From the human T2T-CHM13v2.0 reference genome, Homo sapiens: 64,000 nucleotides of DNA. The position numbers and the translations under genes are program-made. The stretch is taken from assembly GCF_009914755.1 (NCBI RefSeq), contig NC_060948.1, one strand, 5' to 3'. Positions 16,633 through 38,404 of the stretch are shown in pieces; the first letter of the stretch is position 1; the number at the start of each line of letters is the position of its first letter. The notes below the pieces were generated by a model. The model was not told the origin of the DNA. It saw only the letters and a list, made by a program, of their open reading frames with translations, and did no database searches.

Positions 16633-18736
16633 AGATCCATATTTTTTAAATGAAAAAAAATTTCAAAGGTACTCTGCTAGGTACAATAATCAAATGTATA
16701 AACTGAGGAAGAAAACATAACCATGAAACCTACTTATAACTGCATATGGAAAATACAGAGGATAATTTTTTAAATAACATATTTTGAAAGCCTTAACTAG
16801 TAATTTGAAGAGTTGGCATTTGAAAGGCCAGTATGAATATACCTTCAAAGCAGCAACACAGGTTCCCCATGAGAAAAAGCAAACTCAGGGAAAATAAAAC
16901 CACAAAGGTTCAATCTCTTCTGACCTTTGAAAGACACAGCACAGACAGTGGTCCTTAGGACGAAGAGCAGGAGACCCCTAATTCCGTCACCATGGCGATA
17001 GGGCATAAACACTGCTGGGTGAGGGCACAATCCACATTGTGAGGTCCAACTGCTGCCAGGAAGACAGGAGTGCTTTTACATAGACCGAAAGGTCATTGAA
17101 GGCTCAGAGTTTTGTTTCAAGAACTGAATCCCAAGCCCACACGTTATTAGGCTGCGCTTCTTAAAACAAGTTATGAGATGGGAAAAAGGGCACCAACAGA
17201 CATACGTATACATTATGTATATAATAATATACAGTATCATATATATAATATATATAACCTATGTATAATATTGTTTTACATCCTGCATCTTATACTATAT
17301 ATATTGTATAAAGTATAATAATTGATAATATATAAATTTTATATTTATACAATATGACATATAGTATATATTATAATTTATGACATATATAATATATGTT
17401 ATATATCATATATAGAATATATTATACGGTTAATATACGTATTAAATATAAATTATACATTATATATATTATATATAATATATCTGTTACATATAATACC
17501 CATTATGCATAATATATATATTATGTCTATGTTATATATAGTATAAAACAACATATAATAATATATAATTGTATATATAAAATGCGACATATAATATATA
17601 TTATATTTTATGACATATGTAATATATATTATATATTATATATAATACGTTGTATGTATAATACCTAAAATAAATATATATTATATGACTATGTTATTAA
17701 TTACATGTCACATGTGTTATATATTATATATTTTACATAGAATATACCGGTTACATACAATATATACTATGTTACCTATAATGTATAATTTATTACATGT
17801 AAAATAAAGAATGCAATATATTATGTATAATTTATAATATACAATATGTGGAATGTGATATATATAACATATAATATATGATATATGATATACAGTATAT
17901 GATATATAACATACAATATATGATACCTAATATATATGGTATACAATATATATTTTATGATATGTATTCTATATGTTTTATATTCTGTTATATATAACTA
18001 TTTGAAATTATATATAACTGTATAATATTTTATATAAATATGTAATATAATATATATAACTATATAATATATTATATATAACTACATATTATGTTATATA
18101 TACTTTTATAACATAATTTACATAAAATATCATAATATAATATATATTATATTATTTCATATTACATAATATATATTACATATCACCCAATATAAGTAAC
18201 ATACATAATATTATAATATAGATTATATTATGTTATATTAAATATCATATATATCATGTATCATATAATCTATAATATATATTATACATTATATAATACG
18301 TATGTTGTCTATTATGTGATATATATAACTATATATATAATTATATTATTATACATATAACTAGATAAACATGTAATTCTACATATTTTCATTTATAATG
18401 TATAGAATTATATAATCATATAAATTATTTATGTTCTATAAAAAATTATATCATTATATAAATTATAATATATAAAAATTATAATATGTACTACAAATAT
18501 GTATATTATATATCATATATGATATAGTACCTTTGTTATATATCATAATACATATAAATGTGTATTATGTTATCTATAATTATATAATTTCATATATAAG
18601 ATGTATAATATTTATTATATATTATATATGTTATGTAATATATATAGTATATATAAGATGACACAGGATAAATATTATATACTATGACATATAAAATATA
18701 TGAGGTTATATGTTACATATAAGGCATAGCACATAA

Positions 18737-19051
<315 letters not shown>

Positions 19052-21155
19052 AGATCCATATTTTTTAAATGAAAAAAAATTTCAAAGGTACTCTGCTTGG
19101 TACAATAATCAAATGTATAAACTGAGGAATAAAACATAACCATGAAACCTACTTATAACTGCATATGGAAAATACAGAGGATAATTTTTTAAATAACATA
19201 TTTTGAAAGCCTTAACTAGTAATTTGAAGAGTTGGCATTTGAAAGGCCAGTATGAATATACCTTCAAAGCAGCAACACAGGTTCCCCATGAGAAAAAGCA
19301 AACTCAGGGAAAATAAAACCACAAAGGTTCAATCTCTTCTGACCTTTGAAAGACACAGCACAGACAGTGGTCCTTAGGACGAAGAGCAGGAGACCCCTAA
19401 TTCCGTCACCATGGCGATAGGGCATAAACACTGCTGGGTGAGGGCACAATCCACATTGTGAGGTCCAGCTGCTGCCAGGAAGACAGGAGTGCTTTTACAT
19501 AGACCGAAAGGTCATTGAAGGCTCAGAGTTTTGTTTCAAGAACTGAATCCCAAGCCCACACGTTATTAGGCTGCGCTTCTTAAAACAAGTTATGAGATGG
19601 GAAAAAGGGCACCCACAAACATACGTATACATTATGTATATAATAATATACAGTATCATATATATAATATATATAACCTATGTATAATATTGTTTTACAT
19701 CCTGCATCTTATATTATATATATTGTATAAAATATAATAATTGATAATATATAAGTTTTATATTTATACAATATGACATATAGTATAAATTATAATTTAT
19801 GACATATAATATATATGTTATATATCATATATAGAATATATTATACGGTTAATATACGTATTAAATATAAATTACACATTATATATATTATATATAATAT
19901 ATCTGCTATATATAATACGCATTATGCATATTATATATATTATGTCTATGTTATATATAGTATAAAACAACATATAATAATATATAATTGTATATATAAA
20001 ATGCGACATATAATATATATTATATTTTATCACATATGTAATATATATTATATATTATATATAATACGTTGTATGTATAATACCTAAAATAAATATATAT
20101 TATATGACTATGTTATTAATTACATGTCAGATGTGTTATATATTATATATTTTACATAGAATATACCGGTTACATACAATATATACTATGTTACCTATAA
20201 TGTATAATTTATTACATGTAAAATAAAGAATGCAATATATTATGTATAATTTATAATATACAATATGTGGAATGTGATATATATAACATATAATATATGA
20301 TATATGATATACAGTATATGATATATAACATACAATATATGATACCTAATATATATGGTATACAATATATATTTTATGATATGTATTCTATATGTTTTAT
20401 ATTCTGTTATATATAACTATTTGAAATTATATATAACTGTATAATATTTTATGTAAATATGTAATATAATATATATAACTATATAATATATTATATATAA
20501 CTACATATTATGTTATATATACTTTTATAACATAATTTACATAAAATATCATAATATAATATATATTATATTATTTCATATTACATAATATATATTACAT
20601 ATCACCCAATATAAGTAACATACATAATATTATAATATAGATTATATTATGTTATATTAAATATCATATATATCATGTATCATATAATCTATAATATATA
20701 TTATACATTATATAATATGTATGTTGTCTATTATGTGATATATATAACTATATATATAATTATATTATTATACATATAAATAGATAAACATGTAATTCTA
20801 CATATTTTCATTTATAATGTATAGAATTATATAATCATATAAATTATTTATATTCTATAAAAAATTATATCATTATATAAATTATAATATATAAAAATTA
20901 TAATATGTACTACAAATATATATATTATATATCATATATGATATAGTACCTTTGTTATATATCATAATACATATAAATGTGTATTATGTTATCTATAATT
21001 ATATAATTTCATATATAAGATGTATAATATTTATTATATATTATATATGTTATGTAATATATATAGTATATATAAGATGATACAGGATAAATATTATATA
21101 CTATGACATATAAAATATATGAGGTTATATGTTACATATAAGGCATAGCACATAA

Positions 21156-21470
<315 letters not shown>

Positions 21471-23573
21471 AGATCCATATTTTTTAAATGAAAAAAAATT
21501 TCAAAGGTACTCTGCTTGGTACAATAATCAAATGTATAAACTGAGGAATAAAACATAACCATGAAACCTACTTATAACTGCATATGGAAAATACAGAGGA
21601 TAATTTTTTAAATAACATATTTTGAAAGCCTTAACTAGTAATTTGAAGAGTTGGTATTTGAAAGGCCAGTATGAATATACCTTCAAAGCAGCAACACAGG
21701 TTCCCCATGAGAAAAAGCAAACTCAGGGAAAATAAAACCACAAAGGTTCAATCTCTTCTGACCTTTGAAAGACACAGCACAGACAGTGGTCCTTAGGACG
21801 AAGAGCAGGAGACCCCTAATTCCGTCACCATGGCGATAGGGCATAAACACTGCTGGGTGAGGGCACAATCCACATTGTGAGGTCCAACTGCTGCCAGGAA
21901 GACAGGAGTGCTTTTACATAGACCGAAAGGTCATTGAAGGCTCAGAGTTTTGTTTCAAGAACTGAATCCCAAGCCCACACGTTATTAGGCTGCGCTTCTT
22001 AAAACAAGTTATGAGATGGGAAAAAGGGCACCCACAAACATACGTATACATTATGTATATAATAATATACAATATCATATATATAATATATATAACCTAT
22101 GTATAATATTGTTTTACATCCTGCATCTTATATTATATATATTGTATAAAATACAATAATTGATAATATATAAGTTTTATATTTATACAATATGACATAT
22201 AGTATAAATTATAATTTATGACATATAATATATATGTTATATATCATATATAGAATATATTATACGGTTAATATACGTATTAAATATAAATTATACATTA
22301 TATATATTATATATAATATATCTGCTATATATAATACGCATTATGCATATTATATATATTATGTCTATGTTATATATAGTATAAAACAACATATAATAAT
22401 ATATAATTGTATATATAAAATGCGACATATAATATATAATATATTTTATGACATATGTAATATATATTATATATTATATATAATACGTTGTATGTATAAT
22501 ACCTATATTAAATATATATTATATGACTATGTTATTAATTACATGTCACATATGTTATATATTATATATTTTACATAGAATGTACCGGTTACATACAATA
22601 TATACTATGTTACCTATAATGTATAATTTATTACATGTAAAATAAAGAATGCAATATATTATGTATAATTTATAATATACAATATGTGGAATGTGATATA
22701 TATAACATATAATATATGATATATGATATACAGTATATGATATATAACATACAATATATGATACCTAACATATATGGTATACAATATATATTTTATGATA
22801 TGTATTCTCTATGTTTTATATTCTCTTATATATAACTATTTGAAATTATATATAACTGAGTAATATTTTATGTAAATATGTAATATAATATATATAACTA
22901 TATAATATATTATATATAACTATATATTATGTTATATATACTTTTATAACATAATTTACATAAAATATCATAATATAATATATATTATATTATTTCATAT
23001 TACATAATATATATTACATATCACCCAATATAAGTAACATACATAATATTATAATATAGATTATATTATGTTATATTAAATATCATATATATCATGTATC
23101 ATATATTCTATAATATATATTATACATTATATAATATGTATGTTGTCTATTATGTGATATATATAACTATATATATAATTATTTTATTATACATATAACT
23201 AGATAAACATGTAATTCTACATATTTTCATTTATAATATATAGAATTATATAATCATATATAATTATTTATATTCTATAAAAAATTATATCATTATATAA
23301 ATTATAATATATAAAAATTATAATATGTACTACAAATATATATTATATATCATATATGATATAGTACCTTTGTTATATATCATAATACATATAAATGTGT
23401 ATTATGTTATCTATAATTACATAATTTCATATATAAGATGTATAATATTTATTATATATTATATATGTTATGTAATATATATAGTATATATAAGATGAGA
23501 CAGGATAAATATTATATACTATGACATATAAAATATATGATGTTATATGTTACATATAAGGCATAGCACATAA

Positions 23574-23888
<315 letters not shown>

Positions 23889-25991
23889 AGATCCATATTT
23901 TTTAAATGAAAAAAAATTTCAAAGGTACTCTGCTTGGTACAATAATCAAATGTATAAACTGAGGAATAAAACATAACCATGAAACCTACTTATAACTGCA
24001 TATGGAAAATACAGAGGATAATTTTTTAAATAACATATTTTGAAAGCCTTAACTAGTAATTTGAAGAGTTGGCATTTGAAAGGCCAGTATGAATATACCT
24101 TCAAAGCAGCAACACAGGTTCCCCATGAGAAAAAGCAAACTCAGGGAAAATAAAACCACAAAGGTTCAATCTCTTCTGACCTTTGAAAGACACAGCACAA
24201 ACAGTGGTCCTTAGGACGAAGAGCAGGAGACCCATAATTCCGTCACCATGGCGATAGGGCATAAACACTGCTGGGTGAGGGCACAATCCACATTGTGAGG
24301 TCCAACTGCTGCCAGGAAGACAGGAGTGCTTTTACATAGACCGAAAGGTCATTGAAGGCTCAGAGTTTTGTTTCAAGAACTGAATCCCAAGCCCACACGT
24401 TATTAGGCTGCGCTTCTTAAAACAAGTTATGAGATGGGAAAAAGGGCACCCACAGACATACGTATACATTATGTGTATAATAATATACAGTAACATATAT
24501 ATAATATATATAACCTATGTATAATATTGTTTTACATCCTGCATCTTATACTATATATATTGTATAAAATATAATAATTGATAATATATAAATTTTATAT
24601 TTATACAATATGACATATAGTATATATTATAATTTATGACATATATAATATATGTTATATATCATATATAGAATATATTATACGGTTAAAATACGTATTA
24701 AATATAAATTATACATTATATATATTATATATAATATATCTGTTATATATAATACCCATTATGCATAATATATATATTATGTCTATGTTATATATAGTAT
24801 AAAACAACATATAATAATATATAATTGTATATATAAAATGCGACATATAATATATATTATATTTTATGACATATGTAATATATATTATATATTATATATA
24901 ATACGTTGTATGTATAATAACTATATTAAATATATGTTATATGACTGTGTTATTAACTACATGTCACATATGTTATATATTATATATTTTACATAGAATA
25001 TACCGGTTACATACAATATATACTATGTTACGTATAATGTATAATTTATTACATGTAAAATAAAGAATGCAATATATTATGTGCAATTTATAATATACAA
25101 TATGTGGAATGTGATATATATAACATATAATATATGATATATGATATACAGTATATGATATATAACATACGATATATGATACCTAATATATATGGTATAC
25201 AATATATATTTTATGATATGTATTCTATATGTTTTATATTCTGTTATATATAACTATTTGAAATTATATATAACTGTATAATATTTTATGTAAATATGTA
25301 ATATAATATATATAAATATATAATATATTATATATAACTATATATTATGTTATATATACTTTTATAACATAATTTACATAAAATATCATAATATAATATA
25401 TACTATATTATTTCACATTACATAATATATATTACGTATCACCCAATATAAGTAACATACCTAATATTATAATATAGATTATATTATGTTATATTAAATA
25501 TCATATATATCATGTATCATATATTCTATAATATATATTATACATTATATAATATGTATGTTGTCTATTATGTGATATATATAACTATATATAATTATAT
25601 TATTATACATATAACTAGATAAACATGTAATTCTACATATTTTCATTTATAATATATAGAATTATATAATCATATATAATTATTTATATTCTATAAAAAA
25701 TTATATCATTATATAAATTATAATATATAAAAATTATAATATGTACTACAAATATATATATTATATATCATATATGATATAGTACCATTGTTATATATCA
25801 TTATACATATAAATGTGTATTATGATATCTATAATTATATAATTTCATATATAAGTTGTATAATATGTATTATATATTATATATATTATGTAATATATAT
25901 AGTATATATAAGATGACACAGGATAAATATTATATACTATGACATATAAAATATATGAGGTTATATGTTACATATAAGGCATAGCACATAA

Positions 25992-26306
<315 letters not shown>

Positions 26307-28411
26307 AGATCCATATTTTTTAAATGAAAAAAACTTTCAAAGGTACTCTGCTTGGTACAATAATCAAATGTATAAACTGAGGAATAAAACATAACCATGA
26401 AACCTACTTATAACTGCATATGGAAAATACAGAAGATAATTTTTTAAATAACATATTTTGAAAGCCTTAACTAGTAATTTGAAGAGTTGGCATTTGAAAG
26501 GCCAGTATGAATATACCTTCAAAGCAGCAACACAGGTTCCCCTTGAGAAAAATCAAACTCAGGGAAAATAAAACCACAAAGGTTCAATCTCTTCTGACCA
26601 TTGAAAGACACAGCACAGACAGTGGTCCTTAGGACGAAGAGCAGGAGACCCCTAATTCCGTCACCATGGCGATAGGGCATAAACACTGCTGGGTGAGGGC
26701 ACAATCCACATTGTGAGGTCCAACTGCTGCCAGGAAGACAGGAGTGCTTTTACATAGACCGAAAGGTCATTGAAGGCTCAGAGTTTTGTTTCAAGAACTG
26801 AATCCCAAGCCCACACGTTATTAGGCTGCGCTTCTTAAAACAAGTTATGAGATGGGAAAAAGGGCACCCACAGACATACGTATACATTATGTATATAATA
26901 ATATACAGTATCATATATATAATATATATAACCTATGTATAATATTGTTTTACATCCTGCATCTTATACTATATATATTGTATAAAATATAATAATTGAT
27001 AATATATAAATTTTATATTTATACAATATGACATATAGTATATATTATAATTTATGACATATATAATATATGTTATATATCATATATAGAATATATTATA
27101 CGGTTAATATACGTATTAAATATAAATTATACATTATATATATTATATATAATATATCTGTTATATATAATACCAATTATGCATAATATATATATTATGT
27201 CTATGTTATATATAGTATAAAACAACATATAATAATATATAATTGTATATATAAAATGCGACATATAATATATATTATATTTTATGACATATGTAATATA
27301 TATTATATATTATATATAATACGTTGTATGTATAATACCTATATTAAATATATGTTATATGACTGTGTTATTAATTACATGTCACATATGTTATATATTA
27401 TATATTTTACATAGAATATACCGGTTACATACAATATATACTATGTTACGTATAATGTATAATTTATTACATGTAAAATAAAGAATGCAATATATTATGT
27501 GCAATTTATAATATACAATATGTGGAATGTGATATATATAACATATAATATATGATATATGATATACAGTATATGATATATAACATACAATATATGATAC
27601 CTAATATATATGGTATACAATATATATTTTATGATATGTATTCTATATGTTTTATATTCTGTTATATATAACTATTTGAAATTATATATAACTGTATAAT
27701 ATTTTATGTAAATATGTAATATAATATATATAAATATATAATATATTATATATAACTATATATTATGTTATATATACTTTTATAACATAATTTACATAAA
27801 ATATCATAATATAATATATACTATATTATTTCACATTACATAATATATATTACGTATCACCCAATATAAGTAACATACCTAATATTATAATATAGATTAT
27901 ATTATGTTATATTAAATATCATATATATCATGTATCATATATTCTATAATATATATTATACATTATATAATATGTATGTTGTCTATTATGTGATATATAT
28001 AACTATATATATAATTATATTATTATACATATAACTAGATAAACATGTAATTCTACATATTTTCATTTATAATATATAGAATTATATAATCATATATAAT
28101 TATTTATATTCTATAATAAATTATATCATTATATAAATTATAATATATAAAAATTATAATATGTACTACAAATATATATATTACATATCATATATGATAT
28201 AGTACCATTGTTATATATCATAATACATATAAATGTGTATTATGATATCTATAATTATATAATTTCATATATAAGATGTATAATATGTATTATATATTAT
28301 ATATGTTATGTAATATATATAGTATATATAAGATGACACAGGATAAATATTATATACTATGACATATAAAATATATGAGGTTATATGTTACATATAAGGC
28401 ATAGCACATAA

Positions 28412-28726
<315 letters not shown>

Positions 28727-30831
28727 AGATCCATATTTTTTAAATGAAAAAAAATTTCAAAGGTACTCTGCTTGGTACAATAATCAAATGTATAAACTGA
28801 GGAATAAAACATAACCATGAAACCTACTTATAACTGCATATGGAAAATACAGAGGATAATTTTTTAAATAACATATTTTGAAAGTCTTAACTAGTAATTT
28901 GAAGAGTTGGCATTTGAAAGGCCAGTATGAATATACCTTCAAAGCAGCAACACAGGTTCCCCTTGAGAAAAATCAAACTCAGGGAAAATAAAACCACAAA
29001 GGTTCAATCTCTTTTGACCATTGAAAGACACAGCACAGACAGTGGTCCTTAGGACGAAGAGCAGGAGACCCCTAATTCCGTCACCATGGCGATAGGGCAT
29101 AAACACTGCTGGGTGAGGGCACAATCCACATTGTGAGGTCCAACTGCTGCCAGGAAGACAGGAGTGCTTTTACATAGACCGAAAGGTCATTGAAGGCTCA
29201 GAGTTTTGTTTCAAGAACTGAATCCCAAACCCACACGTTATTAGGCTGTGCTTCTTAAAACAAGTTATGAGATGGGAAAAAGGGCACCCACAAACATACG
29301 TATACATTATGTATATAATAATATACAGTATCATATATATAATATATATAACCTATGTATAATATTGTTTTACATCCTGCATCTTATATTATATATATTG
29401 TATAAAATATAATTATTGATAATATATAAATTTTATATTTATACATTATGACATATAGTATATATTATAATTTATGACATATATAATATATGTTATATAT
29501 CATATATAGAATATATTATACGGTTAATATACGTATTAAATATAAATTATACATTATATATATTATATATAATATATCTGTTATATATAATACCCATTAT
29601 GCATAATATATATATTATGTCTATGTTATATATAGTATAAAACAACATATAATAATAAATAATTGTATATATAAAATGCGACATATAATATATATTATAT
29701 TTTATGACATATGTAATATATATTATATATTATATATAATACGTTGTATGTTTAATACCTATAATAAATATATATTATATGACTATGTTATTAATTACAT
29801 GTCACATGTGTTATATATTATATATTTTACATAGAATATACCGGTTACATACAATATATACTATGTTACCTATAATGTATATTTTATTACATGTGAAATA
29901 AAGAATGCAATATATTATGTATAATTTATAATATACAATATGTGGAATGTGATATATATAACATATAATATATGATATATGATATACAGTATATGATATA
30001 TAACATACAATATATGATACCTAATATATATGGTATACAATATATATTTTATGATATGTATTCCATATGTTTTATATTCTGTTATAAATAATTATTTGAA
30101 ATTATATATAACTGTATAATATTTTATGTAAATATGTAATATAATATATATAACTATATAATATATTATATATAACTATATATTATGTTATATATACTTT
30201 TATAACATAATTTACATAAAATATCATAATATAATATATATTATATTATTTCATATTACATAATATATATTACATATCACCCAATATAAGTAACATACAT
30301 AATATTATAATATAGATTATATTATGTTATATTAAATATCATATATATCATGTATCATATTATCTATAATATATATTATACATTATATAATATGTATGTT
30401 GTCTATTATGTGATATACATAACTATATATATAATTATATTATTATACATATAACTAGATAAACATGTAATTCTACATATTTTCATTTATAATATATAGA
30501 ATTATATAATCATATATAATTATTTATATTCTATAAAAAATTATATCGTTATATAAATTATAATATGTAAAAATTATAATACGTACTACAAATATATATA
30601 TTATATATCATATATGATATGGTACCTTTGTTATATATCATAATACATATAAATGTGTATTATGTTATCTATAATTATATAATTTCATATATAAGATGTA
30701 TAATATTTATTATATATTATATATGTTATGTAATATATATAGTATATATAAGATGAGACAGGATAAATATTATATACTATGACATATAAAATATATGAGG
30801 TTATATGTTACATATAAGGCATAGCACATAA

Positions 30832-31146
<315 letters not shown>

Positions 31147-33274
31147 AGATCCATATTTTTTAAATGAAAAAAAATTTCAAAGGTACTCTGCTTGGTACAA
31201 TAATCAAATGTATAAACTGAGGAATAAAACATAACCATGAAACCTACTTATAACTGCATATGGAAAATACAGAGGATAATTTTTTAAATAACATATTTTG
31301 AAAGCCTTAACTAGTAATTTGAAGAGTTGGCATTTGAAAGGCCAGTATGAATATACCTTCAAAGCAGCAACACAGGTTCCCCATGAGAAAAAGCAAACTC
31401 AGGGAAAATAAAACCACAAAGGTTCAATCTCTTCTGACCTTTGAAAGACACAGCACAGACAGTGGTCCTTAGGACGAAGAGCAGGAGACCCCTAATTCCG
31501 TCACCATGGCGATAGGGCATAAACATTGCTGGGTGAGGGCACAATCCACATTGTGAGGTCCAACTGCTGCCAGGAAGACAGGAGTGCTTTTACATAGACC
31601 GAAAGGTCATTGAAGGCTCAGAGTTTTGTTTCAAGAACTGAATCCCAAGCCCACACGTTATTAGGCTGCGCTTCTTAAAACAAGCTATGAGATGGGAAAA
31701 AGGGCACCCACAAACATACGTATACATTATGTATACAATAATATACAGTATCATATATATAATATATATAACCTATGTATAATATTGTTTTACATCCTGC
31801 ATCTTATACTATATATATTGTATAAAATATAATAATTGATAATATATAAGTTTTATATTTATATTATATGACATATATTATATATTATAATTTATGATAT
31901 ATATATTATATGTTATATATCATATATAGAATATATTATACGGTTAATATACGTATTAAATATAAATTATATATTATATACATTATATATAATATATCTG
32001 TTATATATAATACCCATTATGCATAATATATATATTATGTCTATGTTATATATAGTATAAAACAACATATAATAATATATAATTGTATATATAAAAGGTG
32101 ACATATAATATATATTATATTTTATGACATATGTAATATATATTATATATTATATATAATACGTTGTATGTATAATACCTATATTAAATATATATGATAT
32201 GACTATGTTATTAATTACATGTCACATGTGTTATATATTATATATTTTACATACAATATACCGGTTACATACAATATATACTATCTTACCTACAATGTAT
32301 AATTTATTACATGTAAAATAAAGAATGCAGTATATTATGTATAATTTATAATATACAATATGTGGAATGTGATATATATAACATATAATATATGATATAT
32401 GATATACACTATATGATATATAACATACAATATATGATACCTAATATATATGGTATACAATATATATTTTATGATATGTATTCTATATGTTTTTTATTCT
32501 GTTATATATAACTATTTGAAATTATATATAACTGTATAATATTTTATGTAAATATGTAATATAATATATATAACTATATAATATATTATATATAACTTTA
32601 TATTATGTTATATATACTTTTATAACATAATTTACATAAAATATCATAATATAATATATATTATATTATTTCTTATTACATAATATATATTACATATCAC
32701 CCAATATAAGTAACATACATAATATTATAATATAGATTATATTATGTTATATTAAATATCATATATATCATGTATCATATATTCTATAATATATATTACA
32801 CATTATATAATATGTATGTTGTCTATTATGTGATATATATAACTATATATATAATTATATTATTATACATATAACTAGATAAACGTGTAATTCTACATAT
32901 TTTCATTTATAATATATAGAATTATGTAATCATATATAATTATTTATATTCTATAAAAAATTATATCATTATATAAATTATAATATATAAAAATTAAAAT
33001 ATGTACTTAAAACAGATATATTGTATATCATATATGATATAGTACCTTTGTTATATATCATAATACATATAAATGTGTATTATGTTATCTATAATTATAT
33101 AATTTCGTATATAAGATGTATAATATGTATTATATATTTTATATGTTATGTAATATATATAGTATATATAAGATGACACAGGATAAATATTATATACTAT
33201 GACATATAAAATATAAGAGGTTATATGTTACATATAAGTCATACCACATAAGATGTAATATATATCATATATAA

Positions 33275-33566
<292 letters not shown>

Positions 33567-35694
33567 AGATCCATATTTTTTAAATGAAAAAAACTTTCAA
33601 AGGTACTCTGCTTGGTACAATAATCAAATGTATAAACTGAGGAATAAAACATAACCATGAAACCTACTTATAACTGCATATGGAAAATACAGAGGATAAT
33701 TTTTTAAATAACATATTTTGAAAGCCTTAACTAGTAATTTGAAGAGTTGGCATTTGAAAGGCCAGTATGAATATACCTTCAAAGCAGCAACACAGGTTCC
33801 CCATGAGAAAAAGCAAACTCAGGGAAAATAAAACCACAAAGGTTCAATCTCTTCTGACCTTTGAAAGACACAGCACAGACAGTGGTCCTTAGGACGAAGA
33901 GCAGGAGACCCCTAATTCCGTCACCATGGCGATAGGGCATAAACATTGCTGGGTGAGGGCACAATCCACATTGTGAGGTCCAACTGCTGCCAGGAAGACA
34001 GGAGTGCTTTTACATAGACCGAAAGGTCATTGAAGGCTCAGAGTTTTGTTTCAAGAACTGAATCCCAAGCCCACACGTTATTAGGCTGCGCTTCTTAAAA
34101 CAAGCTATGAGATGGGAAAAAGGGCACCCACAAACATACGTATACATTATGTATATAATAATATACAGTATCATATATATAATATATATAACCTATGTAT
34201 AATATTGTTTTACATCCTGCATCTTATACTATATATATTGTATAAAATATAATAATTGATAATATATAAGTTTTATATTTATACTATATGACATATATTA
34301 TATATTATAATTTATGATATATATATTATATGTTATATATCATATATAGAATATATTATACGGTTAATATACGTATTAAATATAAATTATATATTATATA
34401 CATTATATATAATATATCTGTTATATATAATACCCATTATGCATAATATATATATTATGTCTATGTTATATATAGTATAAAACAACATATAATAATATAT
34501 AATTGTATATATAAAAGGTGACATATAATATATATTATATTTTATGACATATGTAATATATATTATATATTATATATAATACGTTGTATGTATAATACCT
34601 ATATTAAATATATATGATATGACTATGTTATTAATTACATGTCACATGTGTTATATATTATATATTTTACATACAATATACCGGTTACATACAATATATA
34701 CTATCTTATCTACAATGTATAATTTATTACATGTAAAATAAAGAATGCAGTATATTATGTATAATTTATAATATACAATATGTGGAATGTGATATATATA
34801 ACATATAATATATGATATATGATATACAGTATATGATATATAACATACAATATATGATACCTAATATATATGGTATACAATATATATTTTATGATATGTA
34901 TTCTATATGTTTTTTATTCTGTTATATATAACTATTTGAAATTATATATAACTGTATAATATTTTATGTAAATATGTAATATAATATATATAACTATATA
35001 ATATATTATATATAACTTTATATTATGTTATATATACTTTTATAACATAATTTACATAAAATATCATAATATAATATATATTATATTATTTCTTATTACA
35101 TAATATATATTACATATCACCCAATATAAGTAACATACATAATATTATAATATAGATTATATTATGTTATAGTAAATATCATATATATCATGTATCATAT
35201 ATTCTATAATATATATTACACATTATATAATATGTATGTTGTCTATTATGTGATATATATAAGTATATATATAATTATATTATTATACATATAACTAGAT
35301 AAACGTGTAATTCTACATATTTTCATTTATAATATATAGAATTATGTAATCATATATAATTATTTATATTCTATAAAAAATTATATCATTATATAAATTA
35401 TAATATATAAAAATTAAAATATGTACTTAAAACAGATATATTATATATCATATATGATATAGTACCTTTGTTATATATCATAATACATATAAATGTGTAT
35501 TATGTTATCTATAATTATATAATTTCGTATATAAGATGTATAATATGTATTATATATTTTATATGTTATGTAATATATATAGTATATATAAGATGACACA
35601 GGATAAATATTATATACTATGACATATAAAATATAAGAGGTTATATGTTACATATAAGTCATACCACATAAGATGTAATATATATCATATATAA

Positions 35695-35986
<292 letters not shown>

Positions 35987-38089
35987 AGATCCATATTTTT
36001 TAAATGAAAAAAAATTTCAAAGGTACTCTGCTTGGTACAATAATCAAATGTATAAACTGAGGAATAAAACATAACCATGAAACCTACTTATAACTGCATA
36101 TGGAAAATACAGAGGATAATTTTTTAAATAACATATTTTGAAAGCCTTAACTAGTAATTTGAAGAGTTGGCATTTGAAAGGCCAGTATGAATATACCTTC
36201 AAAGCAGCAACACAGGTTCCCCATGAGAAAAAGCAAACTCAGGGAAAATAAAACCACAAAGGTTCAATCTCTTCTGACCTTTGAAAGACACAGCACAGAC
36301 AGTGGTCCTTAGGACGAAGAGCAGGAGACCCCTAATTCCGTCACCATGGCGATAGGGCATAAACATTGCTGGGTGAGGGCACAATCCACATTGTGAGGTC
36401 CAACTGCTGCCAGGAAGACAGGAGTGCTTTTACATAGACCGAAAGGTCATTGAAGGCTCAGAGTTTTGTTTCAAGAACTGAATCCCAAGCCCACACGTTA
36501 TTAGGCTGCGCTTCTTAAAACAAGCTATGAGATGGGAAAAAGGGCACCCACAAACATACGTATACATTATGTATATAATAATATACAGTATCATATACAT
36601 AATATATATAACCTATGTATAATATTGTTTTACATCCTGCATCTTATACTATATATATTGTATAAAATATAATAATTGATAATATATAAGTTTTATATTT
36701 ATACTATATGACATATATTATATATTATAATTTATGATATATATATTATATGTTATATATCATATATAGAATATATTATACGGTTAATATACGTATTAAA
36801 TATAAATTATATATTATATACATTATATATAATATATCTGTTATATATAATACACATTATGCATAATATATATATTATGTCTATGTTATATATAGTATAA
36901 AACAACATATAATAATATATAATTTTATATATAAAAGGTGACATATAATATATATTATATTTTATGACATATGTAATATATATTATATATTATATATAAT
37001 ACGTTGTATGTATAATACCTATATTAAATATATATGATATCACTATGTTATTAATTACATGTCACATGTGTTATATATTATATATTTTACATACAATATA
37101 CCGGTTACATACAATATATACTATCTTACCTACAATGTATAATTTATTACATGTAAAATAAAGAATGCAGTATATTATGTATAATTTATAATATACAATA
37201 TGTGGAATGCGATATATATAACATATAATATATGATATATGATATACAGTATATGATATATAACATACAATATATGATACCTAATATATATGGTATACAA
37301 TATATATTTTATGATATGTATTCTATATGTTTTATATTCTGTTATATATAACTATTTGAAATTATATATAACTGTATAATATTTTATGTAAATATGTAAT
37401 ATAATATATATAACTATATAATATATTATATATAACTATATATTATGTTATGTATACTTTTATAACATAATTTACATAAAATGTCATAATATAATATAGA
37501 TTATATTATTTCATATTACATAATATATATTGCATATCACCCAATATAAGTAACATACATAATATTATAATATAGATTATATTATGTTATATTAAATGTC
37601 ATATATATCATGTATCATATATTCTATAATATATATTATACATTTTATAATATGTATGTTGTCTATTATGTGATATATATAACTATATATAATTATATTA
37701 TTATACATATAACTAGATAAACATGTAATTCCACATATTTTCATTTATAATATATAGAATTATATAATCATATATAATTATTTATATTCTATAAAAAATT
37801 ATATCATTATATAAATTATAATATATAAAAATTATAATACGTACTACAAATATATATATTATATATCATATATGATATAGTACCTTTGTTATATATCATA
37901 GTACATATAAATGTGTATTATGTTATCTATAATTATATAAATTCATATATAAGATGTATAATATGTATTATATATTATATATGTTATGTAATATATATAG
38001 TATATATAAGATGACACAGGATAAATATTATATACTATGACATATAAAATATATGAGGTTATATGTTACATATAAGGCATAGCACATAA

Positions 38090-38404
<315 letters not shown>
